25,073 bases of DNA from Granulicella sp. (GTDB lineage Bacteria > Acidobacteriota > Terriglobia > Terriglobales > Acidobacteriaceae). How positions within the stretch are numbered: position 1 is the first letter of the stretch; the number at the start of each line of letters is the position of its first letter. The DNA lies in NCBI GenBank assembly GCA_027339965.1, contig DAHWNL010000041.1:1-25073 (forward strand). Direction: 5' to 3'. Shown here piece after piece: positions 9,333 to 18,012 of this stretch. The notes beneath the pieces were generated by a model. It saw nothing but the letters and a program-made list of their open reading frames with translations. It had not been told where the DNA came from and ran no database searches. The translations under genes were made by a program, and so were the position numbers.

Positions 9333-9643
9333 ATCGATTGCACCTCGTCAGTTCCTGCTGTGCATATCCCGATGCTCAGATGCCGGCCATGGTCAGCATA
9401 GCGCAACCGCGGTGACTCCCAGGAACACATTGTCTCTTTCCGGCAAGAGCCGTCCGCAAACCGCAACGGCACCCAACCCGGCCCTGCGGTCCTGATCTCT
9501 CTTTGAACTCTGAAATGATCCTGCTCGCCTCCGGCAGTTTCGTAGCGGAGATCCCTGGCCCCGCGTAGCTCACCGCAGCCGGCCAATAGAGAGACACATC
9601 CATCGCCGTCGAGCCTGCGCTGTCCAGCGGCGATCCAACGGCT

Positions 9644-10546
9644 CTAACTTCCAGGCGCAGCTTCTGGGGAGCCCTTGAGGAGCGCAATCGCCTCCCGGTA
9701 TCCCATACCCGCCGCCACTGGCTTGAAGTCTGTCGCCAGCTCATCGATGCGGATATGGATCGCCTTGACCATCACCGCCCGGCCTTGAAGGTTGATCTTC
9801 AGCACAGTAGGCTGCCACTCCTGCGCAAGATCTTCGTGGCTCTGCTCCAGCAGGATCGTCCCGCCCCTATCCACCCGCCCCAGAATACCGAAGCCGATAT
9901 TCACATCTCTCACCAGGTGAGCATTCAACCGCACCAGCCGATTCTGAGAGCGGTCGATCAACAGATCCCCGGCAAACCCCTGTAGCACCTCAGCCTCAAA
10001 ATCAGGCGGGTTAAAATTCGGATTGGGCACAAAGCTCAGGCGGTAGCACTCTCCTGCCCCGCAAGGCACGGTGCCCTCCAGGCTGTAGATCTCCGAATCC
10101 GGAAGCAGTTGAATCAGATGATCGATCCGGGCCGCATCACGCTCTTCGCTGCGTTGCCGCTTCCGCTGCAACTCCGGATTCGCCGCCAGCGTATTCAATC
10201 GGCTGATCTCCGCCTTTTGCTGCACAGCATTGAGCGCATGTCCGTTGATGGCCATCAGCCGAGCGACGTCACCGTCCTTCGTCTCAATGATCTGCTTGGT
10301 GGTGTCATGATCGCCATCCTTCTTGCGCAGCACATACTCTACCGGCAGATGATGCTTTTCCTCCTGCAACCGGAGCTGAATGGCGCGACGCACCAGAGCC
10401 ACTGGATCCTGCGTTGCGGCTGCTTGCACCTGGGCGCCCGTGGCCGAGATGCTGGAAGCCGCGAGGCTCATCGCCGCAGGGGCTACCAGCCAGCACCATA
10501 GCGACAGCGCGCCGTAAGCTTTTGCTCTCGGGCCAAAACGTCTCAC
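9644..10546 (-). CDS. Exported hypothetical beta-rich protein (possibly LolA/lipoprotein-sorting-like fold)
   Basis: Long ORF with a signal-peptide-like N-terminus from GTG 10546, which sits 6 nt after a TATTCT box (the track start is 10612). The fold is a guess. Confidence 0.7.
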   Translation of the reverse strand: MRRFGPRAKAYGALSLWCWLVAPAAMSLAASSISATGAQVQAAATQDPVALVRRAIQLRLQEEKHHLPVEYVLRKKDGDHDTTKQIIETKDGDVARLMAINGHALNAVQQKAEISRLNTLAANPELQRKRQRSEERDAARIDHLIQLLPDSEIYSLEGTVPCGAGECYRLSFVPNPNFNPPDFEAEVLQGFAGDLLIDRSQNRLVRLNAHLVRDVNIGFGILGRVDRGGTILLEQSHEDLAQEWQPTVLKINLQGRAVMVKAIHIRIDELATDFKPVAAGMGYREAIALLKGSPEAAPGS

Positions 10547-10669
10547 TTCTTCAGAATATCGAATCTTCCATCCTGACCCGAGCCATGAGCCCGGGAAATA
10601 CACCGCATGCAAACTCTTCCTTCTTCTCTGTTCCTGTCAGCCTCGGAGGAATCGCCGTACACTATTTCC

Positions 10670-11230
10670 ATGTCAAAACTCGAATCCATTCCGCTCCTCA
10701 CCATCGATGGAACTCCTACCTCGCTGGCCGCGTACTCTGGTAAGGTCCTGCTGATCGTCAACGTAGCCTCCAAGTGCGGCCTAACGCCGCAGTACACGGC
10801 TCTGGAGGCCGTCTACCAGCGTTACAAGGACCGCGGCTTCCAGGTCCTTGGCTTTCCAGCCAACGACTTCGCCGGCCAGGAGCCGGGGACCAACCAGGAG
10901 ATCGCCAAGTTCTGCTCCACGGAGTATCCCGTCACCTTTCCCCTGTTCTCCAAGATCGCCGTCACCGGTCCGGCCAAGCACGATCTGTACGCCGCCCTGA
11001 TCGCTGCGGCGCCCGAACACATCCCCCACGGCCCCTGGCGGGAGAAGCTCACCGGCTTTGCGGCGAAGAACGGCTTTCCTCCGCCCAACGAGCTTCCGGA
11101 GCTGCTCTGGAACTTTGAAAAGTTCCTCATCGGCCGTGACGGCAACGTCCTGGCCCGCTTTGCGCCGGACACACCTCCAGATGACATCAAAATCACATCG
11201 GCCATAGAAAAGGCGCTCGCCGCCTCGTAG
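10670..11230 (+). CDS. Glutathione peroxidase family (Cys-type, BtuE-like)
   Basis: NVASKCGLTPQY, LGFPANDFAGQEPG, WNFEKFL. Confidence 0.95.
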   Translation: MSKLESIPLLTIDGTPTSLAAYSGKVLLIVNVASKCGLTPQYTALEAVYQRYKDRGFQVLGFPANDFAGQEPGTNQEIAKFCSTEYPVTFPLFSKIAVTGPAKHDLYAALIAAAPEHIPHGPWREKLTGFAAKNGFPPPNELPELLWNFEKFLIGRDGNVLARFAPDTPPDDIKITSAIEKALAAS

Positions 11231-11578
11231 GCAAAGTTCGGCCTGAGCTTCCAGGGAGCCCGGAATCTTCCCAACGCCTTGGGCTGCTCCTCATGCACAG
11301 CCGCCGCTGTTCGGAAGTTGCGCGTGGCAAGCAGCCCCTTGCAGCACAACCCTTGTCCTTCTCAATCAGCCGGCGAGGAGCATCTCCCCCAAAGGAAGAA
11401 GCCCCTCGCTGGCGAGGCTCCCTCCGGCAACGGAAGGATGGGGGCGAAAGACCGCATCCCCTCAAAAAGCCTCGCTTCAGAAGCCTGTTCTTTACGGGAC
11501 CTTGCGACTTCAATCCGCCCTTGAACGTCTCTTCACCAAGGTTGCGTCCGACCAAATCTTCAACACGGAAAGGTTCCC

Positions 11579-13543
11579 ATGCAGCTCAAGCCTTTGCTTT
11601 TCGTCGTTGCAATTGCGCTGACCCATTCAGCCTTCGGCCAGATCACAGGGGCCTCCTCGTCCGCCACGGCAGGGCGGACGCCGATCCGCATCACAGCGGA
11701 TCTCACCGGAGCTCCGCGCAAGCTGTATCAAGCCGAGATCGATCTCCCCGTGAAGCCGGGACCGGCCACCTTCATCACGCCGGAGTGGATTCCCGGAGAC
11801 CACGCACCCAATGGCCCGGTAGCGGACATCACGGGCGTCGTCTTCACGGCCAATGGCAAAACCCTCCCCTGGCGCCGCGACTATCAGAACCTCTACGAGT
11901 TTCATGTCGACATCCCGCAAGGGGTCTCTACGCTCCATGCCCATCTGGACTGCATCGTAAAAGCTCGCGCGGACGACAAGATGGCCGTGCTCGAGTGGGA
12001 GAAGCTGATGCTCTATCCAGCCAACATCCCGGTCCGTGACATCCCCATCCAGCCCAGCGTGACGGTCCCTGCCGGCTGGGGCATCGGAACAGCACTCACT
12101 CCGATCGGTCCCTATGACCCGAACGCCAAAGTGGGCGGAACTACGCAATATGAGGCAACCACCGTCGAGCAACTCGAAGACTCCCCCGTGCTCACCGGAG
12201 AGTACTTCCACGAGTTTCCTTTGGCTCCGGAGATCTCGCCCAAACACTACATCGATGTCGCCTCGGACAACCCGGATGACTCCAATCTTCGCCCCCAGCT
12301 CCTCTACGAGATCTCGAACCTGGTACGCGAGGCTACGGCGGCTTACGGCTGCCACCACTATTACGTCTATCACTTCCTGCTCACCCTCTCGAACTACGCA
12401 GGCGGAGAGGGACTTGAGCATGGCCAGTCGTCGGATAACGGCACAGGAGAAAAGGCCTTCGCCACGCAGCAGGGCCAACTGGCGGACGCGGACCTTCTAC
12501 CCCACGAGTTCACCCACTCCTGGAACGGCAAGTATCGCCGCCCCTACAACCTTTATCAGCCCACCTTCGCCCTCATGCAGCAGGGATCGCTTCTCTGGGT
12601 GTATGAGGGGATGACGCAGTACCTGGGCAACGTATTGGCAGCGCGCTCCGGCCTGAAGTCGCAGGCCGGCTACCGCGACCTGCTGGCTGCCTCGGCCGCG
12701 CAGATGGATTACAAATCCGGGCGTGACTGGCGGCCAACCCTGGACACCGCCATAGCCTCCAGCGTGCTGCGTTCAGACGGCCAAGCGTGGTCCAACTGGC
12801 GGCGCGGTCAGGACTACTACCAGGAGGGTGAACTCTTCTGGCTGGATGCCGACACCAAGATCCGAAAGCTCACCAATGACCAGAAATCGCTGACCGACTT
12901 CCTGCGCATCTTCCTCGGCAAGGGAGGCAACACCGGCCCGTTGATTGTTACCTACACCCGGGCCGAGCTCATCGCCGATCTCAACCAGGTGGTTCCCTAC
13001 GACTGGGCAAAGTTCATCCATGATCGCATCGATCTGATCCATCCCCACGCCGACCTGGACGGCATCACTCGCGGGGGCTACAAGCTCGTCTATCAGGACC
13101 ATCCCACCCCCGGCATGGCTGCCACGATCCGCGCCTTTAGCCGCCGCTCCGCTCCCGGACCCTTTGTCTGGTACTCCCTGGGGCTGCGGCTCGGTGCTGA
13201 TGGAACCATTGCCGACGTGCGCTGGGGCAGCCCCGCGGACAAAGCCGGATTGGCGCCGGGCCAGAAACTGATCGCCGTCAACGGCATTGTCTTCTCGGGC
13301 GACGCTCTGCACCAGGCCATCGTTGCCGCTCAAGCCAGCAAAGATCCCATCCACTTCCTGATGCAGTCGGAGAAGTACATCACCCCTGTGGACATCGACT
13401 ACCACGACGGCGAGCGCTATCCGGTGATGGTCCGCATCCCCGGCAGCAAGGACTACCTGGACGAGATCATTTCCCCGCTAGCCCAGCACCCCGCTCCTCC
13501 ATCCACCCCTGCAGTCGCAGACAGCCAATCCGCAAACCAATAA
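11579..13543 (+). CDS. M61 family metallopeptidase (glycyl aminopeptidase-like) with C-terminal PDZ domain
   Basis: Signal peptide, WIPG, GLEH, HEFTHSWN zinc motif, LWVYEG, and PDZ segment GSPADKAGL...AVNG. Confidence 0.93.
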   Translation: MQLKPLLFVVAIALTHSAFGQITGASSSATAGRTPIRITADLTGAPRKLYQAEIDLPVKPGPATFITPEWIPGDHAPNGPVADITGVVFTANGKTLPWRRDYQNLYEFHVDIPQGVSTLHAHLDCIVKARADDKMAVLEWEKLMLYPANIPVRDIPIQPSVTVPAGWGIGTALTPIGPYDPNAKVGGTTQYEATTVEQLEDSPVLTGEYFHEFPLAPEISPKHYIDVASDNPDDSNLRPQLLYEISNLVREATAAYGCHHYYVYHFLLTLSNYAGGEGLEHGQSSDNGTGEKAFATQQGQLADADLLPHEFTHSWNGKYRRPYNLYQPTFALMQQGSLLWVYEGMTQYLGNVLAARSGLKSQAGYRDLLAASAAQMDYKSGRDWRPTLDTAIASSVLRSDGQAWSNWRRGQDYYQEGELFWLDADTKIRKLTNDQKSLTDFLRIFLGKGGNTGPLIVTYTRAELIADLNQVVPYDWAKFIHDRIDLIHPHADLDGITRGGYKLVYQDHPTPGMAATIRAFSRRSAPGPFVWYSLGLRLGADGTIADVRWGSPADKAGLAPGQKLIAVNGIVFSGDALHQAIVAAQASKDPIHFLMQSEKYITPVDIDYHDGERYPVMVRIPGSKDYLDEIISPLAQHPAPPSTPAVADSQSANQ

Positions 13544-13557
13544 ATCAGTTCACGCTC

Positions 13558-13593
13558 TGACCACCCCCGCAAGCCTGCTTGCCGGGGTGGTCA
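13558..13593. terminator. Hairpin between convergent genes, probable terminator
   Basis: TGACCACCCC-C-GCAAGC / GCTTGC-C-GGGGTGGTCA inverted repeat with one mismatch, 14 bp after the M61 stop. The U-tract is weak (TTT) and on the minus strand only. Confidence 0.7.
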
Positions 13594-13698
13594 AAGTCGA
13601 AAAGCAGCAGGCGGAACATCCGGTTTGCCTCTCTCGATTCCTAACTGGCCACGCTCCACGACGAAATGCCTTGAAGTCGCTCCTGTTCCTCCCGTCGC

Positions 13699-14496
13699 TC
13701 AGCGTAGATCCTCTTGCATCCGCACAGCGACTTCCTTCAGAAGAACAACATCGCCGGGCGTCGCCTTTCCACTCAAAAGCGGCTCCATGGTGCGTCCCAC
13801 CAGCAGCAGCAGCGGAGCTGGCCCACACGTCATTCCTTCCACGCGATCCAATCGCGCCGCTACCCAGCTCTGCCGCTCGGTCGCCGCATGGCTGATGGCG
13901 CAGCAGGCCACATCCCCAGCGACCCCCGCCTGGGAGAGATCCCATGCGATCCGTTCCAGATTGCGCCCGGGCATGTAAACCACCAGGGTTGCATCCTCCG
14001 GTAACGGGCCGCTCCAGATGGGCGCGACGTCCTTGCCATCCGCATGGTGGCCGGTGCAGAAGATCAGCTTGCTCGAGCTCGCTCTGTCCGTCAAAGGCAG
14101 TTGCAAGACCGCTCCCGCAGCCAGCGCAGCCGTAACCCCCGGTACCACCTCAAACCGCACTCCGGCTTTGCGCAGCGCCGCCATCTCTTCACCGGCTCGC
14201 CCAAAGACCAACGGGTCGCCGCTCTTCAGCCGAACCACGCTCTGTCCGGCGTGCGCCGACTCGATCAGCAGCGCATGAATCCCAGCCTGGGTGATGCGAG
14301 GGCGCCCGCAGCGCTTGCCTACACTGGTCACCAGAGCATGGCGCTGCGCCCTCGCCAGCACCTCCTCCGGCACAAGATCATCATGGAAGATGACGTCCGC
14401 GGTTTCCAGCAACCGCAGCGCGCGCAAGGTCAACAGCTCCGGATCTCCCGGTCCAGCGCCCACCAGGTACACCACTCCCTTTTCCGCAGCTGTCAT
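13699..14496 (-). CDS. cobA: Uroporphyrinogen-III C-methyltransferase
   Basis: VYLVGAGPGDPELLT, VRLKSGDPLVFGRAGEE, VPGVTA. ATG 14496 overlaps the upstream stop (ATGA). Confidence 0.95.
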   Translation of the reverse strand: MTAAEKGVVYLVGAGPGDPELLTLRALRLLETADVIFHDDLVPEEVLARAQRHALVTSVGKRCGRPRITQAGIHALLIESAHAGQSVVRLKSGDPLVFGRAGEEMAALRKAGVRFEVVPGVTAALAAGAVLQLPLTDRASSSKLIFCTGHHADGKDVAPIWSGPLPEDATLVVYMPGRNLERIAWDLSQAGVAGDVACCAISHAATERQSWVAARLDRVEGMTCGPAPLLLLVGRTMEPLLSGKATPGDVVLLKEVAVRMQEDLR

Positions 14497-15155
14497 GGCT
14501 CTGTCTCCTTTGGCGCCGCCTTGGACGCCGCCAACCCGTGCTCCACAGCATGCCGGCGAGCCCGGAGCCGGGATGGGCACTGCTCATAACCGCAGACTTC
14601 GCGCTGCGCCAACTCATGCAGGAACAGCCTGCGCTCCTCGCCCAGCGGCTCCGCGGCGGTGACCTCGCGCCGCAGCCATCCAAGTTCTTTCAACCAGTCT
14701 CCTGCGTCCGGCGGTAACGCCTCCTGGATCTCCCGGCGAAGCCGCTGCGCCAGGGCCGGGCTCTCTCCACCCGTGGAGATCGCAATCTGCAAATCGCCGC
14801 GCCGCACCACGCTGGGAAAGTAAAAGTCGCAGAACGGCGGGTCATCCACCGAATTGCACAGAACCCCCGCCGCGCTCGCTTCAGCGAACACCGCGCGATT
14901 CACCCCCGGCGTGGAGGTTCCCGCAACCACCAGAAATGCCCCGGCCAGATCCCCTGGGCGATACTCCCTCCGTTCCCAACGCAGATCCCCAGCCTCTGCC
15001 CACTCCCACACGCGCACGGTAGCCTCCGGCGCAATCACGGTGACCCTCGCATGGGCTGACAGTAAGCTCTCGATCTTGGCCGCAGCCACCGCTCCAGCCC
15101 CCACTACCACACAGGGCCGCGCCGTCAGTTTCAGAAAGATTGGGAATAGGCTCAT
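14493..15155 (-). CDS. Precorrin-2 dehydrogenase/sirohydrochlorin ferrochelatase (CysG N-terminal, SirC/Met8-like)
   Basis: LFPIFLKL, Rossmann-like VVGAGAVA, NSVDDP..CDFYFPSVV, IAISTGGESPALA. Confidence 0.92.
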   Translation of the reverse strand: MSLFPIFLKLTARPCVVVGAGAVAAAKIESLLSAHARVTVIAPEATVRVWEWAEAGDLRWERREYRPGDLAGAFLVVAGTSTPGVNRAVFAEASAAGVLCNSVDDPPFCDFYFPSVVRRGDLQIAISTGGESPALAQRLRREIQEALPPDAGDWLKELGWLRREVTAAEPLGEERRLFLHELAQREVCGYEQCPSRLRARRHAVEHGLAASKAAPKETEP

Positions 15156-15159
15156 AGTT

Positions 15160-16887
15160 TCACCCTACATTCGCGGGCACTGGTCCGGGCGCGAGATCCC
15201 GCTTCACCGCTTCGACTTCTGCCCCGGCCAGCAGCGCCCGCAACTCTTCATCAGTCTTGCGGCGAAAGAAAGCGCGCAGGTTCTCGTCCTCCTGGCGTTG
15301 ACTCAGATACCCTCGCAACAGCCGCTCAATGGCCTCAGGACAGTCCTGGGCGGCGGCGCGAAAGCCGATCTGTCGCGCAATGCCCGCATACTCCCCCACC
15401 GCCCCGCCGACACAGAAATAAAACGCATCGACCATCTGTCCATCCTGCTTCAACTTCTTTCCTTCCAGCCCGATATCGGCCAGCCAACTTTGCCCGCAAC
15501 TATTGGTGCAGCCCGTGACATGCAGTCGAATCTGCTGGTCGAACTCCGGCAGCCGCTCTTCCAGCTCCCCCACCAGCCACTGGTTGAATCGTTTGGTCTC
15601 AGCGATCGCCAGCTTGCAAAATTCGGTTCCCGTGCAGGCGACTGCTCCGCGATAGAAGACTGTGGGCTGCACCTCCAGACCAAGCGCCGCAATCTTGCCG
15701 ACAACCTCCGCGGTCCTGGCCCTGGCAAGATTCACCAGGACGATGTTCTGCCCAATGGTGGCGCGCAGGGATCCATCCCCATAAGCCTCGCTCAGGGCGG
15801 CCAGGCCATGGAGCTGCGCTGGGTTCAATCGCCCATTCAGTACCGTCACGCCGATGGAGTTCAGCCCCGGCTGCCGTTGCGGAACCACACCCACATGATC
15901 GCGGTAAATGTCCTGGGCGACGGCTCCCTCGGGGCAGGGTTCGAAACGGAAGCCGATCTTCTCTTCGATAGCCTCCAGCATCTGCTCGGACGTCCAGCCA
16001 TGCTTCAGGAAAAGGTACTTCAACCGCGCATGGGTGCGGCTCTGGCGCAGCACCTCTTGCTCGCGAAAGATCTCGCAGATGGCCCGCACAACCGCCAAAG
16101 CCTTTTCCTGTGGCACGAATGCGTTCAGGCGCACAGCCAGGTGCGGCTCAGTCGAGAGCCCTCCACCCACGCGCACACTGTATCCCACCTCTTCCTTGCC
16201 GTCCTTGACACGACTCAGGCCTGTCAAAGCTACATCGTTGATCTCTGGAAAGCTGCACCAGATTGGGCACCCCGTCACGCTGATCTTGAACTTGCGGGGC
16301 AGATTGTGAAACTCCCGATTGCCGGACAACATCCGCGATACCGCCAGGGCCAACGGCGAGGCATCCAGGAGTTCGTGCCGGTCCAGCCCTGCCAGCGGGC
16401 ATCCGGTCACGTTGCGGACGACATCGCCACAGGCACCCTTGGGGCTCAATCCGACGGTGCTGAGCGCATCCACCACCTCCGGCAGGGCTTGGATCGTCAG
16501 CCAGTGGAGCTGGATGTTCTGCCGCGTGGTGATATCCGCAACTCCGCGAGCATATCGCTGCGTGATGTCAGCGATGGCGTGCAGTTGCCGGGCGGTGAGC
16601 AGTCCATTCGGCAGGCCGATCCGCATCATGAAGTACTCCGTGGCCTTGCCTTGTCCGCCCGATCCTCCGGTCACTCCGGCGCCGTCGCCCTGGGTGTAGA
16701 TTCCCCACCCCTTGAAGTAGAACTCGGCCCACTCCGGCAGCACGCTCTCACGGCCCTCGCGAGCGAACCGGCGCACCTCGTCCCAGGCCTCCCAGGGATT
16801 CTTCTCCAGCTTTAGCCGCTCGGACCGCTGCGCCTTTGTCTCCTTGACCAACGCGTCTCCTGCGCCAGGCTTCACTGTCTCGCTCAA
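15160..16887 (-). CDS. Siroheme [4Fe-4S] nitrite/sulfite reductase (ferredoxin-type, probably a sulfite reductase)
   Basis: TTRQNIQ, LPRKFK, ACTGTEFC and TGCTNSCGQ cluster ligands. TTG start at 16887 after GAGAGGA (the track start is 16926). Confidence 0.93.
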   Translation of the reverse strand: MSETVKPGAGDALVKETKAQRSERLKLEKNPWEAWDEVRRFAREGRESVLPEWAEFYFKGWGIYTQGDGAGVTGGSGGQGKATEYFMMRIGLPNGLLTARQLHAIADITQRYARGVADITTRQNIQLHWLTIQALPEVVDALSTVGLSPKGACGDVVRNVTGCPLAGLDRHELLDASPLALAVSRMLSGNREFHNLPRKFKISVTGCPIWCSFPEINDVALTGLSRVKDGKEEVGYSVRVGGGLSTEPHLAVRLNAFVPQEKALAVVRAICEIFREQEVLRQSRTHARLKYLFLKHGWTSEQMLEAIEEKIGFRFEPCPEGAVAQDIYRDHVGVVPQRQPGLNSIGVTVLNGRLNPAQLHGLAALSEAYGDGSLRATIGQNIVLVNLARARTAEVVGKIAALGLEVQPTVFYRGAVACTGTEFCKLAIAETKRFNQWLVGELEERLPEFDQQIRLHVTGCTNSCGQSWLADIGLEGKKLKQDGQMVDAFYFCVGGAVGEYAGIARQIGFRAAAQDCPEAIERLLRGYLSQRQEDENLRAFFRRKTDEELRALLAGAEVEAVKRDLAPGPVPANVG

Positions 16888-16937
16888 TGTCCTCTCCAAT
16901 CTCGTTCCATCGTCCCAGCCGCACAAATCCGTTGCTG

Positions 16938-16973
16938 AAAAAACGAATGCCCACGATCAGCTTCGTGGGCACT
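16938..16973 (-). terminator. Intrinsic terminator in the 5' leader of the reductase operon (attenuator)
   Basis: Minus strand AGTGCCCACGA-agctga-TCGTGGGCATT followed by CGTTTTTT, about 50 nt before the reductase start. Confidence 0.85.
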
Positions 16974-17008
16974 TGAGGTAACTGGGGAATTTCTATCTGA
17001 TGCAGCAA

Positions 17009-17080
17009 TCAACCGCAGGCAGTATCCCAGACCCCAAGGTCAGGACACAGACAACAAGCCGGGATGTGCGTCAGGCTCAT
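17009..17080 (-). CDS. Putative Cys-rich leader peptide MSLTHIPACCLCPDLGVWDTACG
   Basis: 23 codons with 4 Cys (TGT TGT CTG TGT cluster), lying between a promoter and a terminator upstream of the reductase. Confidence 0.75.
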   Translation of the reverse strand: MSLTHIPACCLCPDLGVWDTACG

Positions 17081-17086
17081 GAACGT

Positions 17087-17115
17087 AGTCTATCGAGAAT
17101 CTCAGTTGATAGCAA
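17087..17115 (-). promoter_or_regulatory. Sigma70-type promoter of the reductase operon
   Basis: TTGCTA (17115-17110), 17-bp spacer, TAGACT (17092-17087). The predicted +1 falls on the leader ATG. Confidence 0.75.
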
Positions 17116-17139
17116 CTTTCTCCCACCAAAAAAGCACAA

Positions 17140-17940
17140 CTAAACTCCTATCTGTGACTCTGCCTCCTTGGCCGCCTCGTAGATCTGTTCGAAGCTTTCG
17201 ATGGCATACAACACCGGCTGCATCCGGGCGACGTCCACCTTCGTATCCATCACCTCCGCCAGCCGAAACTCTCTTATCTCCAGTCCTGCCGCTCGTTCGA
17301 CAACATGCGTGCACTCGCCATGCGAGGAGATCAATCCACTGCCGTAGACCTTGATCCTTCCTTCCTCATGAATCACCCCGAACTCCACCGTGAACCAGAA
17401 CAGCCTTCCCATTCGTTCGAGAGCCTGGGCGCTGTTCAAGCCGGCGCACACCCGGCCATACTCCTGTAGAAAATCGGCAAAAACAGGATGCGCATGCATC
17501 GGCACATGCCCAAACACATCATGGAAGATATCCGGCTCCGGGGTGTACTCCATGGAGTCGCGGCTGCGAATCCAGGTCGTGGTCGGGAAACGGCGGGCCG
17601 CCAGCATCTCAAAAAACGCATTCGAAGGCAGAAACCCGCTTACCGGCGTCGAGTTCCAGCCCGTCCGGGGCTCCAGCCGCGCGCTGACCTTGGCTAGATC
17701 CGGCAGTTGGTCCACCTGCAACCCGATCTGATCAAAGCCTTCCAGGTAGGTTCTTGATGCATACTCGTAGAGCTGGGGCAAACGGCGCGTCACCAGTTCA
17801 CTCCAGATGGCATGCTGCTCCGGCGTGTAGGCCGCCCAAACCTGCTCGATCAGATAAGGCTGCGCGGCTACCAACTCCATTGCGGTCGCCCGGCCGCGGT
17901 CTCTCCCGGTCTTCGCGGAACCCGCCATGGATGCAGCCAT
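17140..17940 (-). CDS. phhA: Phenylalanine 4-monooxygenase (biopterin-dependent aromatic amino acid hydroxylase)
   Basis: YTPEPDIFHDVFGHVP iron ligands, WFTVEFG, YGSGLISSHGE. GGAGG RBS. Confidence 0.93.
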   Translation of the reverse strand: MAASMAGSAKTGRDRGRATAMELVAAQPYLIEQVWAAYTPEQHAIWSELVTRRLPQLYEYASRTYLEGFDQIGLQVDQLPDLAKVSARLEPRTGWNSTPVSGFLPSNAFFEMLAARRFPTTTWIRSRDSMEYTPEPDIFHDVFGHVPMHAHPVFADFLQEYGRVCAGLNSAQALERMGRLFWFTVEFGVIHEEGRIKVYGSGLISSHGECTHVVERAAGLEIREFRLAEVMDTKVDVARMQPVLYAIESFEQIYEAAKEAESQIGV

Positions 17941-18012
17941 TGATTCCTCCCGCCAAGATCCTTCCGCGCTTCGCCTGTCATCGCCTGGCGCCCTAGGAGG
18001 ATCGCTGCAAGG

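Noticed and set aside
10760..10790. Selenocysteine in the glutathione peroxidase
   Set aside because: The active-site codon is TGC (Cys) and there is no in-frame TGA.
11231..11578. Small hairpins and ORFs between the peroxidase and M61 genes as an ncRNA or MITE
   Set aside because: Only short GC-rich stems expected by chance, with no terminal repeats or second copy in the window.
14854..16815. 653-aa plus-strand ORF
   Set aside because: Antisense shadow of the reductase and SirC-like genes, with no recognisable motifs. Such shadows are common in GC-rich DNA.
16930..17100. SAM riboswitch or T-box upstream of the reductase
   Set aside because: No SAM-I core or T-box consensus is visible. The leader-peptide model fits better.
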